Of a DNA stretch of 64,000 nucleotides, positions 40,606 to 50,449 are shown in pieces. Positions within the stretch are counted from its first letter, which is position 1. Every line of letters starts with the position of its first letter. A model generated the notes under the pieces. It was not told the origin of the DNA and did no database searches. It saw only the letters and a list, made by a program, of their open reading frames with translations. Both the position numbers and the translations under genes were made by a program. Where the stretch lies: positions 2,970,129-3,034,128 of the forward strand of contig OX639965.1 in assembly GCA_951828235.1 (NCBI GenBank). Direction: 5' to 3'. The DNA comes from an uncultured Gammaproteobacteria bacterium (GTDB taxonomy: Bacteria > Pseudomonadota > Gammaproteobacteria > Steroidobacterales > Foliamicaceae).

Positions 40606-41826
40606 ATGCTTCCAACCTTGGCGTTGGCGACGATGATTGCCGGCTTTGCGGCCTGGCACTATGCCCGCCAGCGGCACGTGCTCACGTTGAGCTTCTACTT
40701 CAATATCTGCGCCATGGTCTACATGGTTTTCGGCATGGCCATCGCCCGCAACAACATCAACGTACAATTCGAGGGCGATCTGGATCTCATCGGCTGGATG
40801 TCCGTCGCGGCGGTCGCCGGATTCAACGTCGCTTACCTCATTGCGAACCTGCGCAGCACCCCGGTTTACAAGAACCGGTCCGGCTACCTTCCAACCCACA
40901 TGTCGATGCTCGTTGTGGTGAGCGTCGGCTTCGCCTTCGAGGCCGCCTGCCTTCTACTGGTCGGCCCCCTGGAATTCCTGTTCGCCGATCGCGTTGCGCG
41001 TTTCGGCAAGTTGCAGACCATGACTGCGTTGCTCTACATGGCCAACCTGATAAATGTCTGCCTGCCGATTGTCTTCATGCGTTATCTGGAGTATCGGCAG
41101 CGGCGCGACTACCGGTTACTCCTGGTCCTGGTGGCCCACGGCCTCTTTCTGGGGCTCGCGACCATTTCCAGGTACGACCTGATGATCGTGCTGCTTGTCG
41201 CAGGTTACTTCCTGGAGAAGTACTACGGAATTCGCCCGGTTCCTCTTCTGTGCATTATGGCCGCGGCGATTGCATCGACACTGGTGTACAAGCCCGTGCT
41301 CTACGGCGTCCTGCTTGAAAGCGCATACCCATCCACCATCGACATGGGCGAGTACACCAACTGGATCAGGCATACGTTCCTGCTGCTCCAGCGTCCGGAA
41401 GTGGAATTACCCCACGACGGTTACGCTCTGGCGCTCATGTCGCTGTTCGTCATCCGGCCGGAGAAGGATTCTCTGTCCGAGTGGTTTTTCGAGGAGTTCT
41501 TTCTGGATCGCACGCTCCTGTTTCCGGGAGTCAGTTACGGCTTTACCGGCGTATGGGAGGGGTATTCGGCGAACGGCCTGATCGGCGTGGCGATGCATTT
41601 TGCCTTTTTCGGGGCCTTTTTCGGATGGCTGGAACGATCGCAGACCCCCATGCGGCGCATCCTGATCGTGTTCGCCATGATCCTGACCTATCGGCTCTTC
41701 CGTTCCGAGGCGTACAACTTCGTCAAGACATACGCGTGGTATTTCGCCTATCCGACAGCCGCCATCGTGCTCGCCGACAGATTTCTGACCTGGGCGTCCG
41801 GGGTCCGTGGCGCCGTTTCCGATTGA
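40606..41826 (+). CDS. Polytopic membrane protein, candidate Wzy-type polysaccharide polymerase
   Basis: 406 aa, ~10 predicted TM helices and no soluble domain. The locus otherwise has a flippase, Wzc and a separate O-antigen-ligase-like protein. Assigned by context only. Confidence 0.55.
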   Translation: MLPTLALATMIAGFAAWHYARQRHVLTLSFYFNICAMVYMVFGMAIARNNINVQFEGDLDLIGWMSVAAVAGFNVAYLIANLRSTPVYKNRSGYLPTHMSMLVVVSVGFAFEAACLLLVGPLEFLFADRVARFGKLQTMTALLYMANLINVCLPIVFMRYLEYRQRRDYRLLLVLVAHGLFLGLATISRYDLMIVLLVAGYFLEKYYGIRPVPLLCIMAAAIASTLVYKPVLYGVLLESAYPSTIDMGEYTNWIRHTFLLLQRPEVELPHDGYALALMSLFVIRPEKDSLSEWFFEEFFLDRTLLFPGVSYGFTGVWEGYSANGLIGVAMHFAFFGAFFGWLERSQTPMRRILIVFAMILTYRLFRSEAYNFVKTYAWYFAYPTAAIVLADRFLTWASGVRGAVSD

Positions 41827-41841
41827 GTTTCGCCGTACTGC

Positions 41842-43104
41842 TCACCGCGCCAGCCAGCCGAACTCCCGCCGGCGCCGCAGCAACGCCAGCGTGAACAGGC
41901 AAGCCAACGCCTGCGGCAGGGCGAAACCAACCAGCGCCGCCGCCATGCCGAATCGCGGAATCAACAGCAGGTACGCCACCTGCTGGAGCGCCAGCACCGC
42001 GCCGGCCGCCTTGAGGTGGTCAATGGCCCGGCCCGACATCTCCGCCAGATGACCGATCGGCATCAGCGCTACGCGCACCGCCATAAGCGCCGCGGCGACC
42101 CGGAGAATGCCGGCGGAATCGGAGTAGGGCGGGCCGAGACGGTCCAGAACGTACGGCCCAACCAACGCAATCGCCGCCACAGCGAGCACCGCAAACACGG
42201 CTGACGCCGCGCACGCCCGAACAAATTCCATGCGCAGAGCGCTCACCTGCGCCCGCCCGTGATGCCGCGCGAATCGCGGCGCCGCGATGGAATTGACGGC
42301 GTGGCCGATGAAGGTAATGCCGCCGGCGAGCCTTGTACAGATCGCATAGACCGCAACGGCCTTAGCGTCGATCCACCACCCAAGCCACAGCGTATCCGAC
42401 CAGCGGATGAGCACATTGCAAACGGACAGGGCGGCAAGCGGCGCCACTTCCCGAATCTGCGCTGCGGCCGGCGCGGCGCGGCTGGGCGTGGACGGCTCCC
42501 AACTGAAGGTCAGGCGCTTGGCGGCGGTCAGGAACAAGCTGAACACCAACGCCGAACCGGCCGCGAAGCAGGTCGCGACGAGGAGCAGCGAGTCGCTGCC
42601 GGCGTAGCGCATCAGAATCGCGCAGATGCACATCGCGCTCTGCCACCCGCCGGTCTCCAGGAACACCGCGGCGGCGGGATAATCCCTGGCCTTCAGCAAT
42701 CCCGCCAGCACGTAGCACATGGCCAGGAACGGGATCGCCACATGCAACACGCCGAACGTCAGGGCTGAGGCGGGACGAACCTCCGAACCGACCATGGCGC
42801 TGCCGATCCAGAAAAGCGCGCCAACGACGCCCGCCACCGCCAGACAGCGCGAGGCAACGCGCCAGGCGACTTCCGGGCGTTCCGCGGCGCGGCGCAACGT
42901 ATAAACATCCAGCCCGCATTTTGCGAACGTGGCGGCGATCAGCGCCACCGAAACCGCGAGTACGAATTCACCCATGTCGGCCGGCGCGAGCACGTCGGCC
43001 AGCAGCAGCCCGTAAACCAGGCTGGCCGCAGCGCCCACACAGCGCATGAGAAACGCCCTCGATACGGAAGCGACCCAGCTCAAGGCCGCAGGCGCGCCAG
43101 TCAT
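41842..43104 (-). CDS. Polysaccharide flippase (Wzx-like, MOP superfamily)
   Basis: 420 aa, ~12 TM helices, Ala/Leu-rich. Typical size and topology, in an EPS operon. Confidence 0.7.
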   Translation of the reverse strand: MTGAPAALSWVASVSRAFLMRCVGAAASLVYGLLLADVLAPADMGEFVLAVSVALIAATFAKCGLDVYTLRRAAERPEVAWRVASRCLAVAGVVGALFWIGSAMVGSEVRPASALTFGVLHVAIPFLAMCYVLAGLLKARDYPAAAVFLETGGWQSAMCICAILMRYAGSDSLLLVATCFAAGSALVFSLFLTAAKRLTFSWEPSTPSRAAPAAAQIREVAPLAALSVCNVLIRWSDTLWLGWWIDAKAVAVYAICTRLAGGITFIGHAVNSIAAPRFARHHGRAQVSALRMEFVRACAASAVFAVLAVAAIALVGPYVLDRLGPPYSDSAGILRVAAALMAVRVALMPIGHLAEMSGRAIDHLKAAGAVLALQQVAYLLLIPRFGMAAALVGFALPQALACLFTLALLRRRREFGWLAR

Positions 43105-43120
43105 TGGCGTCGCGCCGCCT

Positions 43121-44209
43121 TCACTCGCCGGCCTGCGCCTGCCGGTAGATGCGCGCCAGGTCCGCGGCGAAACGCGCCTGGGAGAATCGTTCCCCCGCGG
43201 CTGTCCGTGCGGCCTCGGCGGTTTCCCGGCGCCACGCCGAATCCGCCGACAACAGCGTCTGCACGGCAGACCGTGCGTTATCGAACAGACGCCCGGTCAC
43301 CCCGTCCCGCACGATCGCCTCGCTCCACTCGGCGCGCCGGCACAGGACAGGCACCTTCAGCATCATCGCTTCCAGCACGGACACGGGCATCCCTTCCCAA
43401 CGGCTCGTGGAGAGATACACACAGCTCTCGGCAACGTGGCGAAGCGCATCTTCGCGGGCCATCCAGCCGGTCACGAGCACGCCGGCGCGCTCCAGCATCC
43501 GGCGTTGCCGCCGATCGCCGTCTCCGATCCACATGAACTCAATCTCCGGGCGCTCATCCCGAACTATCCTGCAGATGTCCGCGAACAACGCCGGATCCTT
43601 CTGCTCCGCAACGCGCGCACAGGTCACAACCCGCCGCACCTCCAGGCGTGGCGCGCTTCGGCGCCCGCGCGCAGCGTCAAGATCCTCTTCAAGCGCGTTT
43701 TCCAGTAGGAGCGCCGGCACCCCGATTTCCCGGGCGATGACCGCCCGCTCGGGTTCGCTGCAAGCAACATAGACCGCCGGACAAACCGTGTTCGCAAACC
43801 GCTCCAGCGCTCGGTACAGAACGTGCTCGGCTGCGGACAAGTTCGTACGCATCGGCCAGAAGCCGTGCGTGCTTTGGAACGCGCGGCGCGCAAAGCGCCG
43901 CCCCGCCACCAGCCTCCCCATGAAGCCTGCCCTGGACCCGTGAAAATGCAGCACGTCCGGATTCCAGCGACGCAACAGCGACGCGAAGCGCCAGCACCAG
44001 GCCGCAAGATGCAGCGCCAGCGGCCTCATCCTTAAATGCGCGAGTTGGATCCCCGGATTCACCAGGGCGCGCAGGTCGGCGGGCGCTCCGGGGCGCCGAG
44101 AATAGACGATCAGCACCTCGTCGCCCATCCCGCGCTGGATTTCGGCCGTGATCAGCACCATCTGCAGCGCGCCGGTCGCACCGGACTCGATGACATGGCA
44201 TACCCGCAT
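43121..44209 (-). CDS. Glycosyltransferase family 4 (GT-B, group 1)
   Basis: 362 aa. C-terminal SRWEGMPVSVLEAMMLKVPVL (EX7E motif region). Confidence 0.8.
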   Translation of the reverse strand: MRVCHVIESGATGALQMVLITAEIQRGMGDEVLIVYSRRPGAPADLRALVNPGIQLAHLRMRPLALHLAAWCWRFASLLRRWNPDVLHFHGSRAGFMGRLVAGRRFARRAFQSTHGFWPMRTNLSAAEHVLYRALERFANTVCPAVYVACSEPERAVIAREIGVPALLLENALEEDLDAARGRRSAPRLEVRRVVTCARVAEQKDPALFADICRIVRDERPEIEFMWIGDGDRRQRRMLERAGVLVTGWMAREDALRHVAESCVYLSTSRWEGMPVSVLEAMMLKVPVLCRRAEWSEAIVRDGVTGRLFDNARSAVQTLLSADSAWRRETAEAARTAAGERFSQARFAADLARIYRQAQAGE

Positions 44210-44223
44210 GGAATTCGCGCCCT

Positions 44224-44892
44224 TCAGCGTTTAGCCGCGACCATGGCGCGGGCGAGCCGATCCTGCCGGTCCAGCGGCACTTCAACGGCATCCAGAACGC
44301 GCCCTCCGTCGATCGCCTCGACCATCTCGTGAACGGTAACGACGGCAACGGACTCGCCCGCGAGCAGTTGCCAGAACACGGGCATCATACCCCGATAGGC
44401 GGGCAGGCGTCCCGAGTGGACATTCAGGCACCCCAACCGCGGCATCGACAGCAACGCCGTTTTGAATATCTCCGGCGCCGCCACGGACACGATCACGTCC
44501 GGCGCCAGTTCCGCGACGCGGCCCAGGTAGTCATCGCTGTTCACCGAGCGCGTTTCGATCCGAGCAAGGCCCGCTTTCTCCGTGAGCCGCGAGACGCTGC
44601 GCCGGCAAACACGGGCGAGCGCATAGCGCAGACACAATCGCGCGAAATCCATCGGACCGTAGAGGCCGAGAACGCGCCTGGCGGTATGGAAGAGGGGTTC
44701 GTGGAATGCCGGCAGCAAGGTGACGCCCACGACCTGGATTGTGCCGGGAAGGGCGGGGATCAGCGCCTCGAAAAAGAACGGCACGTATATGGGGTTGTCC
44801 GCCGTGACGACAAGCACGCGAATAGACTCGCCGATTGCCTGATTCCGCCCGCTATTCGGCCGGGGTTTTCCGTGCGGCGCCGGGCCTGTCAT
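44224..44892 (-). CDS. Formyltransferase-family protein (Fmt/PurN-like N-terminal domain)
   Basis: Start placed at MTGPAPHG (ATG 44892), which forms an ATGA overlap with the galE stop. LNVHSGRLPAYRGMMPVFW corresponds to the formyl_trans_N HxSLLPxxRG motif. Confidence 0.75.
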   Translation of the reverse strand: MTGPAPHGKPRPNSGRNQAIGESIRVLVVTADNPIYVPFFFEALIPALPGTIQVVGVTLLPAFHEPLFHTARRVLGLYGPMDFARLCLRYALARVCRRSVSRLTEKAGLARIETRSVNSDDYLGRVAELAPDVIVSVAAPEIFKTALLSMPRLGCLNVHSGRLPAYRGMMPVFWQLLAGESVAVVTVHEMVEAIDGGRVLDAVEVPLDRQDRLARAMVAAKR

Positions 44893-45899
44893 TCCGGGAA
44901 ACCGTTCGGGTGCGAGGACAGGAAGCGCCACTGGTCCGCGCAGATGCGGTCCAGCCCCCGCGTCGCGGTCCAGCCGAGTTCGGCCCGAGCGCGGGCCGGG
45001 TCCGCGCGGCTGATGGGTGCATCCCCCGCGCGGCGCGTCACGATACGGAACGGAACGGTTCGCCCGCTGGCGCGCTCGAACGCGCGTATGAGCTCCAGCA
45101 CGCTGTGGCCGCGGCCCGTTCCGAGATTGTGAACCGCCAGGCGCGGTTCGGGGCGAAGGAACTCCAGGGCCGCGATGTGCGCGTTCGCAAGATCCATGAC
45201 GTGCAGATAGTCACGCACGCAGGTGCCGTCCGGCGTCGGATTGTCATCCCCGAACACCTCCAGCCGCTCGCGCAGGCCCAGGGCGACCTGGCCGATGCGC
45301 GGCAGAAGGTTCGTCGAAGTCCGCGTGGGGTCTTCCCCAATCAGCCCGCTCGGGTGCGCGCCGACGGCATTGAAGTAGCGCAGAATCGAGATGCGCCATT
45401 CGGGGTCCGCCGCATGGACGTCCCGCAGGATTTCCTCCTCGAAGAGCTTGACGCGCCCGTAGGGACTGGACGGCTCCGTCGGAAGCGTCTCCGTTAACAG
45501 TTCAGGGGAGTCGCGGTAAACGGTGGCGGACGAACTGAAGATCAGCGTCCTGACTCCGTGCGCCGCCATGCGCTGCAGCAGGGAGACGGTGCCGGCCATG
45601 TTGTTGGCGTAGTAGCGCAACGGATTCTCTACCGACTCGTCGACCGACTTGAGGGCGGCCAGGTGCATGACCGCGTCGAAGCCGCCACCTTCGAACACGC
45701 CGTCGAGGAAACGGCTGTCGCGGACGTCGCCCTTCAAGAACGGCGCCGTCCGTCCGGCCAGTCCGGCGAGCGCGGACGTCGCCCCCGGCGATGCGTTCGA
45801 AAGATTGTCGAGCAGCACCGCCTCGTGGCCATTCTCCAGCAGCGCCGCAGCGGCATGCAGCCCGATATAACCCGCTCCGCCGGTGACGAGGACCTTCAA
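44889..45899 (-). CDS. galE: UDP-glucose 4-epimerase
   Basis: 336 aa. MKVLVTGGAGYIG, SSSATVY, YGRVKLFEE (YxxxK), DGTCVRDYLHVMDLA. Confidence 0.9.
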   Translation of the reverse strand: MKVLVTGGAGYIGLHAAAALLENGHEAVLLDNLSNASPGATSALAGLAGRTAPFLKGDVRDSRFLDGVFEGGGFDAVMHLAALKSVDESVENPLRYYANNMAGTVSLLQRMAAHGVRTLIFSSSATVYRDSPELLTETLPTEPSSPYGRVKLFEEEILRDVHAADPEWRISILRYFNAVGAHPSGLIGEDPTRTSTNLLPRIGQVALGLRERLEVFGDDNPTPDGTCVRDYLHVMDLANAHIAALEFLRPEPRLAVHNLGTGRGHSVLELIRAFERASGRTVPFRIVTRRAGDAPISRADPARARAELGWTATRGLDRICADQWRFLSSHPNGFPE

Positions 45900-46567
45900 G
45901 GCTCACCCTCCCCCCCGCTGTTCGGGTTCGGGAGAATCCCTATCGAAATCAAAAAGCACGCCGCAAGGAGCTTCAGGTCCAGCAGCGGGCTCATCTTCGC
46001 GATGTAGAGATTGTCGTAGTGATGCTTCTGCCGCGCGGATGCGTAGTGAGATCGGCGGGCCTGAGCCAGCCCCGCGATTCCCGGACGGACGCGCAGGCGT
46101 CGAGCGAATTCGGGCTGCTGCCGTTCGATCAGGCTTGCCAGCTCCGGCCGTTCCGGGCGGGGCCCCACCAGGCTCATGTCTCCCTTCAGCACGTTCAGGA
46201 TCTGGGGAATCTCGTCGAGATGGAGCGGCCGCAGAATCCTGCCCACCCGGGTGATCCGCGAATCGTTTTCCTCCGCCCAGACCGGGCCGGTCGATTTCTC
46301 CGCTTCCTCCACCATAGTACGGAATTTGAACATCTCGAAACGGCGTCCAGCCCGACCCAGCCGGGTCTGAATGTGAAACACGCGGCCGCGATCCTCAAGC
46401 CGGATCGCCACCGGGATCGCGACGCAGAGAAATAACCACAGGGGCGCGAGCAGAACGCCCGAGAGGACGATCACGGCCATGTCGAAGGGACGTTTGTAGC
46501 GTGCGCGAATGCTTGCGGGCTCCTGCCCGAACCCATGCGAACTCCCGGATTTCATCCGTGGCGTCAT
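45896..46567 (-). CDS. Undecaprenyl-phosphate sugar-1-phosphate transferase (small bacterial sugar transferase, WbaP-C/EpsL-like)
   Basis: Start at MTPRMKSG (46567) or MKSG (46555). One TM helix, then FKFRTM ... DEIPQILNVLKGDMSLVGPRPERP. Confidence 0.85.
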   Translation of the reverse strand: MTPRMKSGSSHGFGQEPASIRARYKRPFDMAVIVLSGVLLAPLWLFLCVAIPVAIRLEDRGRVFHIQTRLGRAGRRFEMFKFRTMVEEAEKSTGPVWAEENDSRITRVGRILRPLHLDEIPQILNVLKGDMSLVGPRPERPELASLIERQQPEFARRLRVRPGIAGLAQARRSHYASARQKHHYDNLYIAKMSPLLDLKLLAACFLISIGILPNPNSGGEGEP

Positions 46568-46580
46568 GAATGCAGGCTTG

Positions 46581-47966
46581 TCAACCGCGGTCGGAGCGCC
46601 GGGCCTGTGCGACCGACACCCCCAGCACGAGCGCAAAAGTGGCGGCCACGGCCGGTATCTGCAGGCTGAAGTCAACGAGCGCGTGTGCGCCCACCAGGGT
46701 GCAGGCTGCGATGCCCACGGCAGGAAGCACTGCGTCGCGGCGCCCCCTCCCCCGGACGCCCAGCGCGCAGCCCAGGGCCAGCACCATGATCGAGAACACG
46801 AACAGAACGGCTGCGGGAATGCCGAGTTCCAGCGCCAGCTCCAGGTAGTCGTTGTGCGCCATGTTCACGCCGGGTCTGATCTCCTCGCTGCGGTGACTTC
46901 GATATACCGGCCCGAACGTGCCAAGTCCGGTGCCGAGCAGGGGGGACTCCTCGATGGCGCTCAGTGTCTGGGCGTATATCTCAGAGCGCCTTTGCCAGTC
47001 GGTGCCGGTATCCAATACCCGCCGCTCCAGGCCCTCCCCGATCAGCAGAAACAAGGCTGCGCCGGCCAACGCCGGCCCGATCGAACTCAATACTATTTTA
47101 CGCAATCGAACGCCCCGCCCTAAGGCCAGCACCCAGAAGAAGACCAGCAGCGACAGGGCCGTTGCCGCCGCGCCCGCGCGCGAGAGGCTCAGCAGCAACG
47201 CGCCGGCCAGCACCAGCCACATTGCGAGAAACAAGGCGTTGCGGGGCATGAATTCCGCGAAAAGATAATTCAGCCGCAGCCTGAGACCGGCCGCGCCCGG
47301 AGCCCCGCGCTCGAATCGGTACCGGAGCACGGCCGTGGCGCACAACAGGCCTATCCCGGCGTAAGTCGCGAAAGAGTTCGGGTTCACGAACGTGGCGGTC
47401 ACTGCATCGTGATACACCGTCTTTTCGAACCACAGGGTGCGTTTGAGGCCCAAGAACGATACGCCCAGGCCGTAGAGCGCATAGCAGGCCGAGCCTGCGG
47501 CCAGGGCGCGCAAGGCGTACCGGGCGCGCCCCGAATCGCTGCCGTACTGCAACGCCAGCCAGAATATCCCCGCGTACGACAAGACGCGCAGGATGCTCTC
47601 CCGGCTTGCCGAAGGATCCAGCGATATCGCTCCGCGGTATGGCATGCCCAGCGCCTGGGCGGCGTCCCGCCACACGGGGTGATGCCAGCCCTCCGGCATG
47701 AACCCCGCGGTCTGAAGCGCCGCCCACAGCATGGCCAGCGCCAGCGCCGACGCCGACCACCACACGAAGGGCGCCGGCGGTACCGCTGCCGCGCGCACGG
47801 TGAGCGTCGACACGGCTCGGCAAATGACCAGCGCGCCGCAGATGGCAGCCATGCTCGCCCATGCCCAGTCGGCGTAAGCCCCCAAGGGCAACGGAGCGGC
47901 CAGCGTCAGCGCAACAAGCGCATGAAACACCGGCGCGCGACGCTCGCCGGCGGGCGCTTCCCTCAT
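46581..47966 (-). CDS. O-antigen ligase / Wzy_C-family membrane protein
   Basis: Start at MREAPAGERR (ATG 47966, ATGA overlap with the upstream stop). Polytopic, with NMAHNDYLELALELGIPAA in the large periplasmic loop. Confidence 0.75.
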   Translation of the reverse strand: MREAPAGERRAPVFHALVALTLAAPLPLGAYADWAWASMAAICGALVICRAVSTLTVRAAAVPPAPFVWWSASALALAMLWAALQTAGFMPEGWHHPVWRDAAQALGMPYRGAISLDPSASRESILRVLSYAGIFWLALQYGSDSGRARYALRALAAGSACYALYGLGVSFLGLKRTLWFEKTVYHDAVTATFVNPNSFATYAGIGLLCATAVLRYRFERGAPGAAGLRLRLNYLFAEFMPRNALFLAMWLVLAGALLLSLSRAGAAATALSLLVFFWVLALGRGVRLRKIVLSSIGPALAGAALFLLIGEGLERRVLDTGTDWQRRSEIYAQTLSAIEESPLLGTGLGTFGPVYRSHRSEEIRPGVNMAHNDYLELALELGIPAAVLFVFSIMVLALGCALGVRGRGRRDAVLPAVGIAACTLVGAHALVDFSLQIPAVAATFALVLGVSVAQARRSDRG

Positions 47967-48700
47967 GTGGACAGGAATCGCCTCGCCGTGCCCTCCAGAA
48001 CGAGGCAGGTCAGGCGGCCGGTGACGTAGGCGCCGGTGTCGATGCCGATCCGGTTGCGAGCGACGACGGGCTCGGGAGCAAACGCATGGCCATGGACGAT
48101 GATCTTGCCGTGATTGCCGGGGTCCTCCATGAACCCGTCCACGCCCCATAGCAGATCCTCTTCCCGTTGCGCCGCCAGCGGCGTTCCGGGCCGCACGCCT
48201 GCATGCACGAACGCGTAGCCCCCTTCGACGTGCAGCGTCGCAAGCCCGTTCAGGAAGTCCCTGTGGGCGTCGGGCAGCGCCTCGGCGAACGACACCCTCA
48301 CCGCCTCCAGGCAATCGGCGTTGCGCGGCCCGGGCGGCAGCGATACCCCGTAGCTGAGCAAGGTACCCTGGCCCCCCGCGGCCAGCCACTGCCGGGCGAC
48401 CCCGGCGTCATCGAGAAACGCGAGCACCCAAGCCTCATGATTGCCCTTGAGGAACACCGTCTCGAATCCCGGCGCGGGATCGCCCAGCAGGAACTCGATC
48501 ACCTCGCGCGACTGCAGGCCGCGGTCGACATAGTCGCCCAGGAAGACCAGCACGCGCCGCTCAGCGCGCGAGGTATCTCGGCGAACCATTGCCACCAGTC
48601 TGGCCAGCGGCCCGAGTTCGCCGTGAATATCGCCGATGGCGTAGACGCAAGTATCGTGCGGAACGGAGTATGTCTTTCGCGTCGACATCGGGGCGTTCAC
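47963..48700 (-). CDS. PPP-family metallophosphoesterase (Ser/Thr protein phosphatase, PrpA/ApaH-like)
   Basis: 245 aa. GDIHG, GDYVDRG, GNHE, then HGH near the C-terminus. Confidence 0.85.
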   Translation of the reverse strand: MNAPMSTRKTYSVPHDTCVYAIGDIHGELGPLARLVAMVRRDTSRAERRVLVFLGDYVDRGLQSREVIEFLLGDPAPGFETVFLKGNHEAWVLAFLDDAGVARQWLAAGGQGTLLSYGVSLPPGPRNADCLEAVRVSFAEALPDAHRDFLNGLATLHVEGGYAFVHAGVRPGTPLAAQREEDLLWGVDGFMEDPGNHGKIIVHGHAFAPEPVVARNRIGIDTGAYVTGRLTCLVLEGTARRFLST

Positions 48701-49484
48701 GGTCCGCCGCTCAGGGATTGCAGTCTTCGCCGCGCGGGTTTTCCCCGAACTGCGTTCGATATCGCGATCGAAGCGACCTCGCCGCCTGCGCCGCCGATGC
48801 GCGCAGTTTCTGCCATCCCCCGTCGAGATACCAGGTCAGCATCAGCGAGTTTCTCGGCGACTCCCCCCCCCGGAATCCGGTCCACCCCGTGCCAGCTGCT
48901 CGGCGTGACCCCGAACGCATACCCGGTATTTGGCAAGAATGGCAGCCTCACGAGCCTCTCCAGTTCTCCGACACCGTTGCGGCGGTACAAGGAGGTACCC
49001 AAATGGATTTGGCTCAGGTCCGCTGGCAGATAGAACTGCACCGTGATGAGCTTTGGGGGATGTCCTGATGCGGTCGGATGCGGTAGCCGGGCAGATCGCG
49101 CAAAAGTGAGATGCGCAAGTTGGTCCTTGCATCCGCAGGGATGGATCTGCTGGCGATAGAGGCGGCAAGTTTCTTCGCAAAGGCATGCTTCACCAGCGGA
49201 TGCCGCAAAGCGTCCGCGACCGCCTTCCAGAAACGGCGACGGGTTCCCTCCAGCGTCCGCAGACTCTCCTCTGTCAACGGGAACTCGAGCCGAGCGCAGC
49301 TTCCGTCCGCCAAAATCGCATCTTTGTGGCGCAGTTCGGCGTAATGGGTGGCGCGCGGCAGTAGACCGATCAGTTGCCTGTAGCTTTCCTCCGCAAAGAG
49401 GCGCTTCAACACGACGTAGTTGAATGGGCGGGGATTCAGAGGCGCGGCTTGGATGGCCTGCACGATTCGCTCGGTTTCAATCAT
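48697..49484 (-). pseudogene. 2OG-Fe(II) oxygenase-like gene split by a frameshift at a G5/C5 run
   Basis: ORFs 49484-49014 (..GYRIRPHQDIPQ..) and 49041-48697 (..QFYLPAD...SWHGV..) together give the HxD...H pattern. Reading one extra C at 49055-49059 would produce ..HQDIPPKLITVQFYLPAD.. in a single frame. Confidence 0.6.
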
Positions 49485-49707
49485 CGCGTCACGGTCCAGG
49501 CCGCGAACCGAGTCCGCCTGTCCGGTTCCCCGCTATTCGACCGTTAATTCGAATTTCCATAATGCCGCACTCGCCAAAGGATGGATTCTTATACCTTGAA
49601 CGTCCAGGCAGATCAAGCAGTTTCGCCTTGCCCAGATCGGTGGGCCTGCGCTATGGTTGTTTCGCAAACCCTGAAGGGCTGCAACCCACAGACTCGAAGG
49701 AAATTCA

Positions 49708-49926
49708 ATGAAACACCGCACCAGCGAACCGAAGCACTCTCCCGCGCGCCCGGCGGGAGACGCCGTGGCGCCGCACAACTCACCCCCGCCCCCGAATTTC
49801 AAACCAAGCTGGGCACGTCCGACAATCCGGGTCCTGCCGGTAGTCACGCACACGGCGTCCGGTACGCAGCCGTACACGGGCCCCAATCTCGAGGATCAAT
49901 CAGGGCACTACGTGACCACCTCCTGA
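49708..49926 (+). CDS. Candidate lasso-type precursor peptide P (72 aa)
   Basis: AAGGA lies 6 nt upstream of the ATG. MKHRTSEPKHSPARPAGDAVAPHNSPPPPNFKPSWARPTIRVLPVVTHTASGTQPYTGPNLEDQSGHYVTTS carries the shared leader motif WxRPx(V/I)R and the TxSG junction, with a C-terminal Ser. 177 nt upstream of the PqqD-like gene. Confidence 0.65.
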   Translation: MKHRTSEPKHSPARPAGDAVAPHNSPPPPNFKPSWARPTIRVLPVVTHTASGTQPYTGPNLEDQSGHYVTTS

Positions 49927-50102
49927 TGCTCCTCCGCGGCGCCGGCTCTAACGCGCGTACGTTAACGAGACATTCAACGGCTGCTCAAGCCAGCAGTATT
50001 TGCGCGCCGGCCCGCAAGAATCGGTCCGCTGCGCTTTCGCATATCCCGCTGGCTTAAAATGACGCCCGAAGGCACAACCGCCCACAACGAGGTAGCATCG
50101 GC

Positions 50103-50384
50103 ATGCAGGTTGAACCGGAAATGCGCGTCGCGCGCAACGACGACATCATCTTCACCGCACTCGACGATACGGTAGTCATGATGGACGTCGACAAAGGACG
50201 CTACTACGAACTCGACCCAACGGCCGCCTCCGTCTGGGCGTTGCTGGAGCGCGAATCCCTTGTGGCCAGCCTGTGCGACGCCTTGCTGGAGCGCTACGAC
50301 GTCTCCGCGGAAACCTGCCGCCGCGACTTACAGGCGTTTCTGGGCGAGCTCGCCGACCTCGGCGTCGTGCAAATCCGGGCGTGA
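50103..50384 (+). CDS. PqqD-family RiPP recognition element protein (lasso B1)
   Basis: 93 aa. ...DDTVVMMDVDKGRYYELDPTAASVWALLERESLVASLCDALLERYDVSAETCRRDLQAFLGELADLGVV is a typical PqqD/RRE winged-helix pattern. Confidence 0.85.
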   Translation: MQVEPEMRVARNDDIIFTALDDTVVMMDVDKGRYYELDPTAASVWALLERESLVASLCDALLERYDVSAETCRRDLQAFLGELADLGVVQIRA

Positions 50385-50449
50385 ACACGACACGTAGGAG
50401 GTAAAGATGAATGAGGCCGGGACCCACCGCCTCACGCAAGGATGTGAAT

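Noticed and set aside
49040-49065. Programmed -1 ribosomal frameshift at atcccccaaag joining the two oxygenase ORFs.
   Set aside because: In the incoming frame the codons are ATC CCC CAA AGC, which do not form an X-XXY-YYZ slippery heptamer, and I saw no obvious downstream stimulatory structure. A simple indel or homopolymer miscall is more parsimonious.
49581-50057. 158-aa plus-strand ORF (and minus-strand ORF 49533-49886) overlapping the precursor P region.
   Set aside because: No recognisable motifs and Arg/Ala/Pro-rich composition. The 72-aa frame (49708-49926) has a good Shine-Dalgarno sequence and carries the leader motif shared with four other peptides.
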